Assembly (NCBI GenBank): GCA_023213395.1
Contig: CM041465.1
Coordinates: forward strand, 145,769,741 to 145,833,740
Source: Cycas panzhihuaensis
Taxonomy: Eukaryota; Plantae; Cycadophyta
DNA: 64,000 nucleotides
Direction of reading: 5' to 3'
Position 1 is the first letter of the stretch. Every line of letters begins with the position of its first letter. Below are positions 15,398 through 28,000 of this stretch, in pieces. A program made the position numbers and the translations under genes. The notes below the pieces were generated by a model that worked only from the letters and a program-made list of their open reading frames with translations, made no database searches and was not told the origin of the DNA.

Positions 15398-17905
15398 GAT
15401 ATATATATATATATATATATATTAGTCCTTGTAGAGATTTATATACTATAAAATGTATATAAACATTTATATTAAAGTATGTTTGTAAATAAAATACACA
15501 TACAAAATATTCTTGCATATATAATTCATATATAAAGTTTGTGGTTACACGAAAAAATTATATATATAGTCTTTTGGGGTGGTTGAATTTATGTACAAAA
15601 TATGTACTAATATATGGTGGTAGAGATTTGTATACAAAATACATGCTTATATATAAAATATACAACTGTATATAAATTTTGTATATAATACATTTTCAAT
15701 TCTCGAGTGGTTTTATAATGGCTTAGAAGAGTTGATTATTGATGATTCATATGATTGAGGGAACACCACGTCCCTTATGTTACATATCATTACTTACTAC
15801 TTATTATTACTATTAGTCTAGGTCATTGTCACTTGAGTTGATTAGATATAATGCAATTCCCATTATTTATTTGATGCTCCATATTCGTTAACTAGATGGA
15901 CTCTTATGTGTTTATAAGGTAAAACACACCCCTACAATTTTACTAATATAGAAAGAGCCTTTGAGGGTAAAAAGCTCAAAATGTGTGACTCAATTGTTAT
16001 ATCTAAACATGTTACTGCTAAGTACTAATAAATACTTATAGGGTTGATTATTAATGATTTATATAATTTTGGGAACCTCACTCTCTTTATGTTATACGCT
16101 ATTACTTACTACTCATTAATATTGTCAGTCTAGGTTGTTGCCACTTGGGTTGATTAGATGTGATGTGATCCCCATTATTGGTTTGATGTCTGATATTCAT
16201 AAGCTAGATGGACTCTCATATACTTATAAGGTAAAATACACCCCTACAACTTTGTCAATTTGAAAAGAGTCTTTGAGGGTGAAAAGTCTAAAATGTATGA
16301 TTCGATTATTACATCTAAACACTTTTCTCCCTAATACTAACAAATACTTAGAAGGGTTGATTATTGATAATTCATATAATTAAAGGAACCTTGTTCCCCT
16401 TATGTAATACATTATTAATTATTTTTTAGGAGGTTATACTTCGATACCCCTTTTTGGTAATCTTTTGTGTTCTTTTAGTAAACTCTTGAGCTATTTCTTG
16501 CAATTCATCTTTCATGTTATAATAAATACTACAATATTGTCTAATATTTATATTTGTATACTTAAGTTGGAGAATTATTGGAGAAAACTCATCTTAATTT
16601 ACCTCTTATAAGACTAAAAAAAAAAAGGAAAAAAAAAAAGGAAAAGTATAAAACCTAGTTCTTTTATTCTTTATAAGTTATGCATAAAAAAATTTAAAAA
16701 ATATTTACTTTTTATTCATCTTCTATGTGATTATTGTGTATATATTGCCAAATGATATTTTATAAAAGAAGTTTATGCTAAATGGTGTTTCATATATAAG
16801 ATGACTGTATACAAAATAAATATCTTTGAATATGCAATATGTGTACAAATTTCATGTTTGTATACAAAATATGTACTTATATACAAAGACCATGCATATA
16901 TATAAAATTTATAGTGGTTGTGGAGATTTATATACTATAAAATGTATATAAAATTTTGTATCAAAGTGTGTTTGTAAATAAAATACATATACAGAATATG
17001 CTTACATATAAAATTAATATATAAAGTTTGTGGTTATATCAAAAATTTGTATATATACTCTTTCGTGGTGGTTGAATTTATGTATAAAATATATGCTAGT
17101 ATATGGTGGTGGAGATTTGTGTACAAAATGCAAGCTTATATATAAAATATATGATTATATATAAATTTTGTATATAATAAGTGTTCAATTCTCAAGTGGT
17201 TTTATGATGGGTTAGAAGGGTTGATTATTGATAATTCATATGATTGAGGGAATCCTACTCCCCTTGTGTTACACATTATTGCTTACTACTCATTAGTATT
17301 ATTAGTCTAAGTTATTTCCACTTGGGTTGATTGAATGTAATGTAATCCCCATCATTAGTTTGATATTCCACATTAACTAGTTGGATGGACTCTCACATGT
17401 TTATAAGGTCAAACACATCCCTACAACTTTGTCAATCTAGAAAGGGTCTTTGAGGGTAAAAAGCTTGAAATATGTGATTCGATTATTACATATAAACATA
17501 TTACTCCATAGTACTAACAAATACTTAGAATGGTTGATTGCTGATAATTCATGTGATTGAGGGAAACCGATTCCCCTAATGTTGCACATCATTACTTACT
17601 ACTCATTATTACTATCAATTAAGGTTATTGCCACTTGGGTTGGATGCAATACAACTCTCATTACTGGGTTGATGTCCTGCATTTACTAGCTCAATGAACT
17701 CTCACATGTTTATAAGGTAAAACACACCCTTGCAACTTTGCCAATTTAGATAGAGACTTTAAGGGTGAAAGGCCTAGAATGTATGATTTGATTGTTATAT
17801 CTAAATATATTGCTCCATAGTACTAACAAATGCTTAGAAGGGTTGATTATTGATTATTCATATTATTAAGGGAACCTTGCTTCTCTTATGCTACATGTCA
17901 TTACT
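14893..17905 (+). repeat. Tandem segmental duplication, ~1.5-kb units (14893-16420 and 16421-~17905)
   Basis: Both units show the same order: 3' part of the gypsy LTR, 145-bp flank, AT-rich block, first satellite monomers. Confidence 0.85.
15355..15421. repeat. poly(A) + (TA)n microsatellite
   Basis: Directly visible; absent from the duplicated copy near 16895. Confidence 0.95.
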
Positions 17906-19260
17906 TACCACTCATTAATACTATTAGTCAAGGTCATTGTCGCTTATGTTGATTGGATGCGATGAGATCTCCATCATTTGGTTGATGTTTCCATGTTCAT
18001 TAATTGTATGAGTTTTTATATATTTAGAAGGTAAAACACACCCCTATAACTTTGTCAATTTAGAGAAAGCCTTTAAGAGTGAAAAACTCGAAATATGTGA
18101 CTTGATTATTACATTTAAATACATTGCTCCCTGATACTAACAAATGCTTATAAGGGTTAATTATTGATGATTCATATAATTAAGAGAACCTCATCACCCT
18201 TGTATTACATATTATGACTTACTACTCATTAATACTATTAGTCTAGGTTGTTGTCATTTAGGTTAATTAGATGTAATATGATCTCCATCATTGGGTTGAT
18301 GTTTCACATTTATTAACTGGGTGGACTTTCACATGTTTATAAGGTAAAACACACCCTTATAACTTTACTAATCTAAAAAGAGCCATTGAGGGTGAAAAAT
18401 TCAAGACGTATGACTTAATTATTACATCTAAACACATTACTTTCTAGAACTAACAAATGCTTAAAAGGGTTAGTTATTGATGAGTCATGTGATTGAAGTA
18501 ACCCAACTCCTTTTGTGATGCACGTTATTACTTATTGCTCAGTAATACTATCATCATTACTTACTACTTATTAGTATTATCAGTCGAGACTATTATCACT
18601 TGGGTTGATTGGATATGATACAATCACCATCATTAGGTTAATGTCTCACATTTATTAGTTTGATAGACTCTCACATGTTTATAAGGTAAAACACATCCTT
18701 ACAACTTTGTTAATTTAGAAAGAGCCATTGAGGGTAAAAAGCCAAAAATACATAACTTAATTATTATATCTAAATATAGTGCTCCTTAGTATTAACAAAT
18801 GCTTAAAATGGTTGATTATTAATGATTCATATGATACACATTGCTCCCTAGTACTAACAAATACTTAGAATGGTTAATTATTGATAATTCATATGATTGA
18901 GGGAACCTCGCTCTTCTTGTGTTGTACGCCATTATACACGTTACTCACTTATAGTACCCTTGTACTACATGAACAAATGTTTAGAATGGTTGATTATTAA
19001 TAATTCATGTGATTGAGAGAATCCCACTTTCCTTGTACTGCATTAGTCTAGGCCATTGCCACTTAGGTTGATTAGATGTGATGTAATCCTCACTATTTAG
19101 TTGATGTCTGAAATTCATTAGCTGGATGGACTCTCACATGTTTATAAAGCAAAAAATCTAAATTATATAATTAAATTACATATAAACACATTACCTTTTG
19201 ATATTAATAAATGCTTAGAAAGATTAATTATTGATGATTCATGTGATTAAAGAAACTTCA
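15722..19260 (+). repeat. Degenerate tandem array, ~312-bp monomer
   Basis: Recurrent CTTAGAAGGGTTGATTATTGATGATTCAT...TTTATAAGGTAAAACACACCC...TTTGAGGGTGAAAAG. Monomer starts at ~15722, 16036, 16347 (truncated), 17212, 17524, 17833, 18147, 18459, then partial units to ~19260. Confidence 0.9.
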
Positions 19261-20749
19261 CTCAATGCTTACACCTTTCTTCATTATAACAAATTCTCTA
19301 CTTTGTCTTATTATTATAATTCTCCACGTTGAATCAACCACCCCTATCATCACCATGCTATTATATTTTTTTACTTCTAACTAATCCTTTTGCTCCACGA
19401 TATGATAATATGTCTCCACCACTTATATTATATTAATCTACTTAAAACCTTTACTATCATAGATGTTATGATTTCATAGATAATCACCAAGTTCATGACA
19501 AAGTCCACCTAATAGGTAAGTTTGGTCTTTGCTTTATTAATTAGTTATGGATATATTTTTCAATATATTGCAAATTTTATAAATACAAAATTTTGATATG
19601 AAATGTCTACTTGCATACAAAATCTACACATCCTCTTTTGTCCCTAAATTTTTAAATTTTTTTATAATTTCACTTTTTTTCATAACAAAATTTAAAAAAT
19701 TTTATATAAAATCTACACTTTGTTATCTTCATTTTCTTATAGATTGAGTGGCAAATAACAAAAAAATAATATCCTCACATTGTAGAAAATACATCAGCTA
19801 TAAAAATTGACCGGCTAGTAAGGGAACTGGCCCGCCACATTAAAAACAAAATGAAAAATTTCGCAAAACAATCGGTCAAATAATTTTGACCGCCGTCCAA
19901 ACCTATTTCATGCCAAGATCACAAAAGTAGTAATAATTTTATTTGTACCGTGATGTCGAGAAATGTTCGTATAGATTGACATAAAGTTGTGATTCTTTTT
20001 GATAGCTTGTATGTAACTTATAAAACCATAATCTATGTGGCTAATTCCATTTGAACATTTGCGAAAAATAATCCACTTATATTGCGGTGCCATGCGAAGG
20101 GTTAGACCGCTTATATTGCGATGTAGGGAGTCCTATGCATCATAGTAACAATAACTTACAAGGAAATGAAAGAATCTTTATGAAAATATATGTCACAGAC
20201 TCACTTATTTTAGTAGAAGTAAACAAAGAAGGGCTAGATTGAATAAATAACCAGATAACTGTATGATCATTTATGTTGTATCTTTTCATTACTTTACTAT
20301 TAGATATATTAAAATCATAATAATATTTTTTTAAAATATAAATAAAATAATTTTATTTTATGAATATAACCAAGAACAACGAAAATGACATGTATGCATG
20401 ACATCGCTAAATTTTTGCCAAATTTTAATAATTTTGACGCAAAACTTATAGCAGACCCGCTACAATTTCTGCAGAGCCGCCCCTGAATGGGACCGCCCTG
20501 CTAGACCGTATAACGGCGGCGAACCGATCACTGCAATTTCGTGGCCACTCTTATCCTGAAATGGGGAATGCCCATCCATGAGACACTAAAGTGGTACAAA
20601 ATAGAGATTATGGACGAAGGGCTGCTTCCTGTAACCCATGGGGGTTCCTGGATAATAAGAAAGCCCACAAAAGAGTCGTAAGGTCGGCAACGGCATATTA
20701 AATGGCCATGACAGACCTCGTCGAAGACTAAGAAACGCATTTGATTGAA

Positions 20750-22183
20750 ATGGCAATTGCGGCTCGGCCTCTTGATATCAGCCTCTCTGCGAATCATCTC
20801 CTCCCAACGGTAGACTCAGCTGCCAGTAAACGAAGCAAAACAGGAAATCTCCAAAGCCTAAGTTTTACGAGGAGGTTTTATCGATTATCACGATGGCAAG
20901 GGAAAGTCTCACAGAATTCGACTCGCCCTCTGAAAAATGGCAATGCCACGGTTTGTCGGACTGCGGGAAACGTGAAAAGGAAGAAACCCGTTTCAGTAAA
21001 ACCCTCGAGTAATGACGCTGCAGGGTTCCTGGGTTTTAGCGAGGGTCGAGACGAAGATACCGACCGTCTGGTCTGCCCGGGCTGCGGAGTCTTCATGCAG
21101 GACCAACACCCTGACGCCCCTGGTTTCTTTGTCCGACCCGCCAATGCCGGCGAAACGAAAACGGAGTTGGAAACCGAGGATTTTCTAGAAGAAATTGAAG
21201 AAGAGGAGGATGGAGAAGAGCAAAAGAAGGAGAAGAAAGATGAAATTGAGTGGGATTGGAATCCACCTATTGTCGACGAGGACGCAGAATGGACGAAAAG
21301 CTTAGACGGGTTTGCACCGGCAGGGCCTGGTTATGGCAATATGAAGGAGGAAGACACACATACGAACATATCAGAGAAGAAGAACCAGAAGAAGAAGAAG
21401 AATTCGGAGGAATCCGACATAGAAAAAGAAATGGTCGTGGTATGCGCGAGGTGCCACTCGCTGAGACATTACGGTCAGGTGAAGGACCAGAATGCGGAGA
21501 ACCTGCTACCGGATTTCGACTTCGACAGAACCGTCGGGAGTCGAGTGATGAAATCTACCGGGAGTAGCCGTTCAGTTGTGGTGATGGTCGTCGACGCCGT
21601 GGATTTCGACGGGTCGTTCCCTCGGCGTGCGGCCAAGTCGCTATTGGAGGCCGTGGACGGAGCGGGGTCGAGGTCATTTATGGAAGGGAAGTCCAGAAAT
21701 GCGCCTCGTTTGGTTCTTGTGGCGACCAAGGTCGACCTTCTTCCTGCACAGGTCTCGCCGGCGCGGTTGGATAAGTGGGTTCGGCAGAGGGCTCGCTGCG
21801 GAGGGGCGCCCAAGTTGAGCGGCGTTTTCCTGGTGAGTGCTCATAAGGATTTAGGCATTCGGAACTTGGCGACTCATATCAAAGAATTGGCAGGACCCAG
21901 GGGAAATGTGTGGGTCATTGGAGCTCAGAATGCAGGCAAATCCACTTTGATTAATGCCATTGTCAAGCGAGAACGAGGTAAGGTTACCCATCTGACTGAG
22001 GCTCCGTTTCCCGGTACCACATTGGGGGTTGTGAGAATTGTGGGCATTCTGCCTGCCAAGGCGAAGCTCTACGATACACCGGGTCTGCTGCACCCCTATC
22101 AGATATCAACACGACTGAATAGAGAAGAACAGAAAATGGTCCAGATTCGTAAGGAGCTCAAACCAAGAACTTACAGAGTGAAG
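20750..22183 (+). CDS. BPG2: Exon 1 of chloroplast YqeH-like circularly permuted GTPase (BRASSINAZOLE INSENSITIVE PALE GREEN 2 family)
   Basis: 478 open codons from ATG 20750. Ser/Arg-rich transit-peptide-like N-terminus; split Zn motifs CPGC...CARC; VDAVDFDGSFP; permuted G motifs G4 TKVD, G5 SAH, G1 GAQNAGKS, G2 PGTT, G3 DTPG. Homology ends at ELKPRTYRVK followed by AAG|GCAAGT. Confidence 0.9.
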
Positions 22184-25052
22184 GCAAGTGTTTTAAAACA
22201 TTCTGTTTCAATTAGGTGCTTGCCAATTCTTATTTATCTGATGTATTGCTTTATTGGAAAATTTTGGGCCTAACTTTTTTTGTTTTTTTGGGGAAATTTC
22301 ACAGAAATCATATTTGTAAATCAGCAAATTTCCTCTAAAATCCTATTGCTTTATATTTTGTTGTCAAGCGTTCGTCCATGTGGTTGGCTTCTTGAATATT
22401 AGGTTTTTCACATACATATAAGAGGGTGGACTCTGTGATCTGTGTGTAGGGACATTCAACATTGGTAGCTCATTTGTGTGGTATTGCAGACTGGAACTCG
22501 GATGACTCTACCGCCTGTCTATCCAGTGCATGGCCTGTAAATTAGGATCAATAACAAAGGGGGATGACTGATTAGCAAAACTGGGGCTATGTTCAAGCAA
22601 CAGAAGAGCATGGATGGAAATGGTTACAGACAATGACTTGGAGACAAGGTACCAACCAAGGGTGAAGATCAGTATAGATAGGTGGTTATCAATCCTAAGT
22701 GAAGCTATTTCTTGACCCAATATGGGCCTAACAAATGCAGCCTAAAACCAGGGCTAATGAAGTGCATGGATGGCTTGCTTTCATCATGGTAATTCATCAT
22801 CATGTTCAAGGGGACTATGCTTTTGTGAAACAAGAGTTGCTAGTTGATGGGATGCATCTCAAGTGCAAGTGCTAATGTGTGTGTGGAAAGTCATACAATG
22901 CAAATAGCGGATGCAACGAGAAAAGTAAACCTAATGTTGCCCTCCCATACATGCTCTTGAGGAAGCACCATACTGATGGGGTTTGAAGGTGTGGCTTGTC
23001 ATTAGGTGATGGGCCTTACAATGGTGCCCCTGACATGGGCAAATTTGAGGGGCCTAATTCTAAACGTAAGAGTTAAGCAAACAAATTGGACCAATCAAAC
23101 AACTCTGAATGTGAAATGGATGTTGTTATGCTAAGGCAGGGTGTGAGAGTGGAAAGAAAGAGGAATGTGACCATGTGTGAGGGGTGGCAAAAAGCAGGCC
23201 CATGGAATTTGAATGCATGTAGCTATATGCATTCTTATGTGCATGCACGGAGAGCTTCTGAAATGTCAAAGTGGAAGCCCTTATGAAAACATGAAATGCA
23301 AAATAAAAAAGTGTGGTTAATGTGAGATGGGATGTCTTCAATGAAACTGAGTCCCTCCATTCTGAAGAGAGGGATGATGTGTGAAGTTGCATGAAGATGG
23401 TGCTTGCACAAATCATACAAAATGTAACTATATGAAGTATAATGCAACATGTGCATGAGAATGCAATGTTACGCATAATGCTACAATGCATCAAATGTTT
23501 CAGCCTTAAACAATGAACAAACACAAATAGACTAAGCTGCTTGTTGACTGCCCTGTGGCAGCAAAGAAAAAGTGTCTTGAATTAGCCCCAATCAAGATAA
23601 ATCTGCATGTAAGCCATATGGGCTGGCATGATAACCATTCATGACAAAAACATAATTAAGACATGATTGAATTTCTGCTCTTGTGGCAAGACAACAGTCC
23701 TACAGGTAATCACAACAAAGGCATAAAGACCAAGTGAACACAATGTGCAGTGAAATAGTACAGCACATTGGCATAATCTGGTCCAACTCGGCCCACAGTT
23801 AGAATGGAGAAACTTGTAAATGAACCCCAAATATAATTTCAAGAGTGTGTTCACTTTTAGATGGGGTGCTATCAAACCTTAGCCCACAAGAAAGCCATGG
23901 TTAAACACAAACAAAATGCATGAAATAAAGGTCAAGAAAACAATTGAAATAAACATGTCATTGAAAACGATTTAAATTGACTATAAACTAAAATAAAATG
24001 TCAATTGTGGTTTGCACACACAATAATTATAGAAGATATATATCATTTACACCATAAATGATTTTGAAAAATAATGTTTCAACATAGATACGTTAGGTTA
24101 CATAGTAACTCATAATAATATCCACTTTATAACAATAAATAAATAATATCAAATGCAAATCACATTAGTCATTGCCCTTTTCGAGGCAAGGGTTTCCTCC
24201 CAAATGATACAATAGCGCTTTAATGGCTCTAGGCCATTATTCTAGATAAAATATTAATTCACTAACATGCCTTACTAATGAAAGGTGCTGCTCTATTTGT
24301 AGCCCTAGGCTAGGCCTACCTTTAATCTCTTTCTAAAAATTGACTTCACATTAATATATTTAGACATGTAATAACTCCTTATTCTCTTAAAACTGACTTC
24401 CATAATTAGGCATGGGACAACTCCCCTCCCCTTAAAGTGCTTCATCCTCGAAGTATAAATTGTTGCAAGTGCGGTTGCTTGGAACTAGTTTGACATATTC
24501 TTCAATCTGTAGCTACTAAGTGTTGTATGTTGTGAAAATTTGGTGTACTCTTGTGCTTTCTCTTGGAGGTAATTGATAAGTAACATGAACTTGCAAATGT
24601 TTGTGTATAGAAATTGGTGCATGTTGTATTCCATTCTGTAAAAAAACAATCTTAGGACATATGTGATGTTGATGGCGCTTGGCCAAAATCCTATTTTGTG
24701 GTTGCATATTTTGCCCTCACATGATCTCACTTGAGGGATGCGAGGTGTTGAGAATATTGAGGGGGTTTTGTAGGAAGGTAATGATTTGATTTTGGGAGGT
24801 TCATAAAAAAACTAGTCACGGGTGGGTATTGTTTACAATTGTGAAGCATAATATAAGAAAGAATGGGTGAAGTGGGGGTTGATGAGGTCACCGTCCAGAA
24901 TTCTAGAGGTGTGGGTAATAAGGACATGAGAGTTATACTGTGAGAGGTACATGAGATCTAGAATTTGATTTGATAAGGGGTTATGATAAGTAAGGGGTTG
25001 GTTGGATAGCTAGTGATCCTTGGGAAATAGGACAGATGTGGGATTAGAGATA

Positions 25053-28000
25053 CTTTTTTTTTTTATTTGATTAGGTACAAGTAGACAGGGTTTTACAAGG
25101 GCCCCAACCCTTTACAATAGCTGCCTTTCGGTTGATAGAATGACCATGACAAGCCCATGGCCTAGCTATACCCCCCTATTAGATCTAGCTACCCACCCTA
25201 CCACGTCAAGGCCAGTTGTTGGCTCTCTTGCTAAAACCCAGACATATCCTTAATAACTAGACTCATAACCTCATCAGGGATTACCTCACTCCAAAAACAA
25301 GAACTGTTATGGCTGACCCCCCAGTTGGCCAACCTATCAGCCACTCCATTTGCATCCCTGTAAGTATGGTGTACTTGGACGTTCTCCCATCTCCTCAGGG
25401 TATCCTACATATCTCTGATTAGGGCTGCCGCATTCCAATCTGGCTCTGCCAGCCCTTTAAGTAAATTGATAGCATTTAGGGAATCTCCTTCAATAATCAA
25501 CTTCTCACAGCCTTGCTCAATAGCCATATCCACCGCTTTCTGCATGGCTGCCATCTCAGTTCTGTGATTAGTCTATTACCCATAATACTCTACAAAGAAC
25601 ACTTGACCTCCCCTCTGGAGTTTATACATATACCCTTGCGTCCTGCCTCTCCATGTTTGCCTTTGGACGCTCCATCAAAGTTTATTTTCACCTAAGTGTC
25701 CATCGAGGGGATCCAACAACAGTTCTTTCTTAGGTCCCTAGCTATTATGGGATATATTCCCCAGCTTTCCAAAATAGCCTTTTCATTGTCCAAGATGAAT
25801 TTCTCCTCTTTGGGCTTAACAATTTCCCCAGTGCCAACCTTAATCATCCCGAAAGTCCTAACTTCGTCCATACAGGTATCTTGAAATATCCTCTTATTCC
25901 TCTCCTTCCAAAGATTCCACATCATGATTGGCATAGCTATTCTCCACAGGTGGGCCAAGATTCTACTCCTAAATGGGATAGTCCAAGCCAATACTTGTTC
26001 CTCAAGGGTTCTGGAGGTCACCCGCTGAACATCAAATTGAGCCCATATCAATTTCCAAACCCTTCTAGAGTAAGAGCAATGGAGGATTATGTGATTCACT
26101 GACTCCTCCTCCTCCTAACATAACACACACCAATTAACCATAGCAAGACTCCTCCTTCTAAGGTTATCGACTGTTAGGATTTTGTTCCTAAGGCACAACC
26201 ACCAAAATATTGCTATTTTAGGGGTCAGGCCCATCTTCCACACCCCTTCCAGGATTGGGTGCTTGCAATCTCCTCTGTCCTGGCATAAAAACAAATACCC
26301 CTATTTTGTTGAAGAATCCCACGAAGGGGACGAAGGCCAGACCATCGAGTCCTCCTTTGCTCTCCTTGGGACATAGCATTGGGTGAGTACCTTTTTTAAG
26401 GCCTCTACTTGGTCTTGGACCCCTTGTTTGCCTAGGATCTCCCGAAAGTCTCTCCACTTAGTAGTCTAGTTCTGGGCCACCCAATAATCCTTCACCTTTG
26501 TACCATAGGTTACTTCACAAAGACCCTGCAGTAGATCCACATCAGCCTGTCCCTTGAGCTTTAGATCCCCACACCACACATCCTCCCAGAAATTTATGGT
26601 ATTGCCATCCCCTAGCTTCCACTGGACCCCAACCTCTAATATTCGCCTCGACTGGATGATACTTCTCCAGATAGTTGACCCACAGGGGTTTAAATAATTG
26701 TATAAGAAGTGCCTCCCTTGAAGGTACTTATGGGACATGATTCTCTCCCATAAACCCTCTTCCTTCTTAGCCAATCTCCACCCCAACTTAGCCACCAAGG
26801 CCCTGTTGATGAGAGAAACTCTCTGAAGATTTAGACCACCCGACCATTTAGGGCAACACATTTTATCCCAATCCACCAAGTGAATTCTATCCTTTTCCTC
26901 CGCCCTAGACCAAAGGAAGTGCTTCTAAATGGCTTCTAGAGTGAACATAACTTTGGCCAGGATCTTAAAGGTAGACATCATGTAGACCGGGACACTCTGA
27001 AGAGAAGCTGCAACTAGTTGAACCTTGTCAACCTGGCTGAGCAGAGATCCCTTCCACCCAGCTAGCTTCCTCTGCATCCTGTCCACTAATGGGTACCACA
27101 ACTCCTTTGACATCTTTCTAACAAAAAGGGGCATCCCCAAATATGTTGTCGACAGTTTGCGTATAGGTATCTTAAGAATCCTACTAATCTTCTTCTAGAC
27201 CTTTTCCTTAGTATGCAAGAAAAGAACATTGCTTTTGTTTAGATTTACCTGTTGATTAGTGGCCCTCTCAAACTTCTCAAGACCTTCTTTCATCATGCGA
27301 GCTTCCCTCAGAGTTGCCTTTCCCAGAAATATGTATCATCAACAAATTGATGGTGAGCATTGTTCTCTACGCCAGAAGTAGGCCTGATTCTTGTGATCAA
27401 CCCCACCTTCCTGGCCATTTTCGTTGCTCTACCTAGCACCTCAGCCAGAATTATAAAAAGATAAGGGGAAATAGGGTCTCCTTGTCTCAACCCTTTGGCT
27501 CCCGAAAAGAACTTGTTGATATTCCATTGACCAAAATCGAGTATTGGGGGTTTGATATACATGACTCTATCTAGTCCCTCCATTCTCCTTTAAGGCCAAA
27601 AGCCTTCAGGCATTCCATCAAACAACCCCAAGAGACCCTCCGATGGGTTGAATGGACCGTTTCATGGATGACTACTATGCCATCAAAGATTTGCCTGCCC
27701 TTCACAAAACCGTCTTGATTGGAAGATATAATTCGAGGGAGTATCAGCTTAAGCCTATTAGCCAAGACTTTGGTTACAATTTTGTACTTCACATTACACA
27801 AACTAATTGGCCTAAAGCCCTCCATTCTCATCGCTCCCTCCATCTTCGGGATAAGCACTAAGAATGTGGCTTGCCATTCTCCCAGCATCTTCCGCTTCTC
27901 ATGAAACTCCTCCATAACCTTCATCAAGTCCTCCTTAATTATATCCCAGTATTCCTAGAAAATTCCTGGAGAAAATCCATCTGGGCCAGGCGCTTTCTCC

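Noticed and set aside
15186-15518. 110-aa and 69-aa ORFs
   Set aside because: Artefacts of the poly(A)/(TA)n low-complexity sequence
15722-19260. CRISPR-like array
   Set aside because: Whole ~312-bp monomers are homologous with no unique spacers; eukaryotic context and no cas genes
20528-22093. Antisense and alternate-frame ORFs overlapping BPG2 exon 1
   Set aside because: Shadow ORFs of a GC-rich exon with no recognisable motifs
22184-22273. C-terminal 29 aa of the 510-aa ORF (ASVLKHSVS...FWA) and the TTG start at 20741
   Set aside because: Likely read-through into the intron after the GC donor; the first ATG is at 20750
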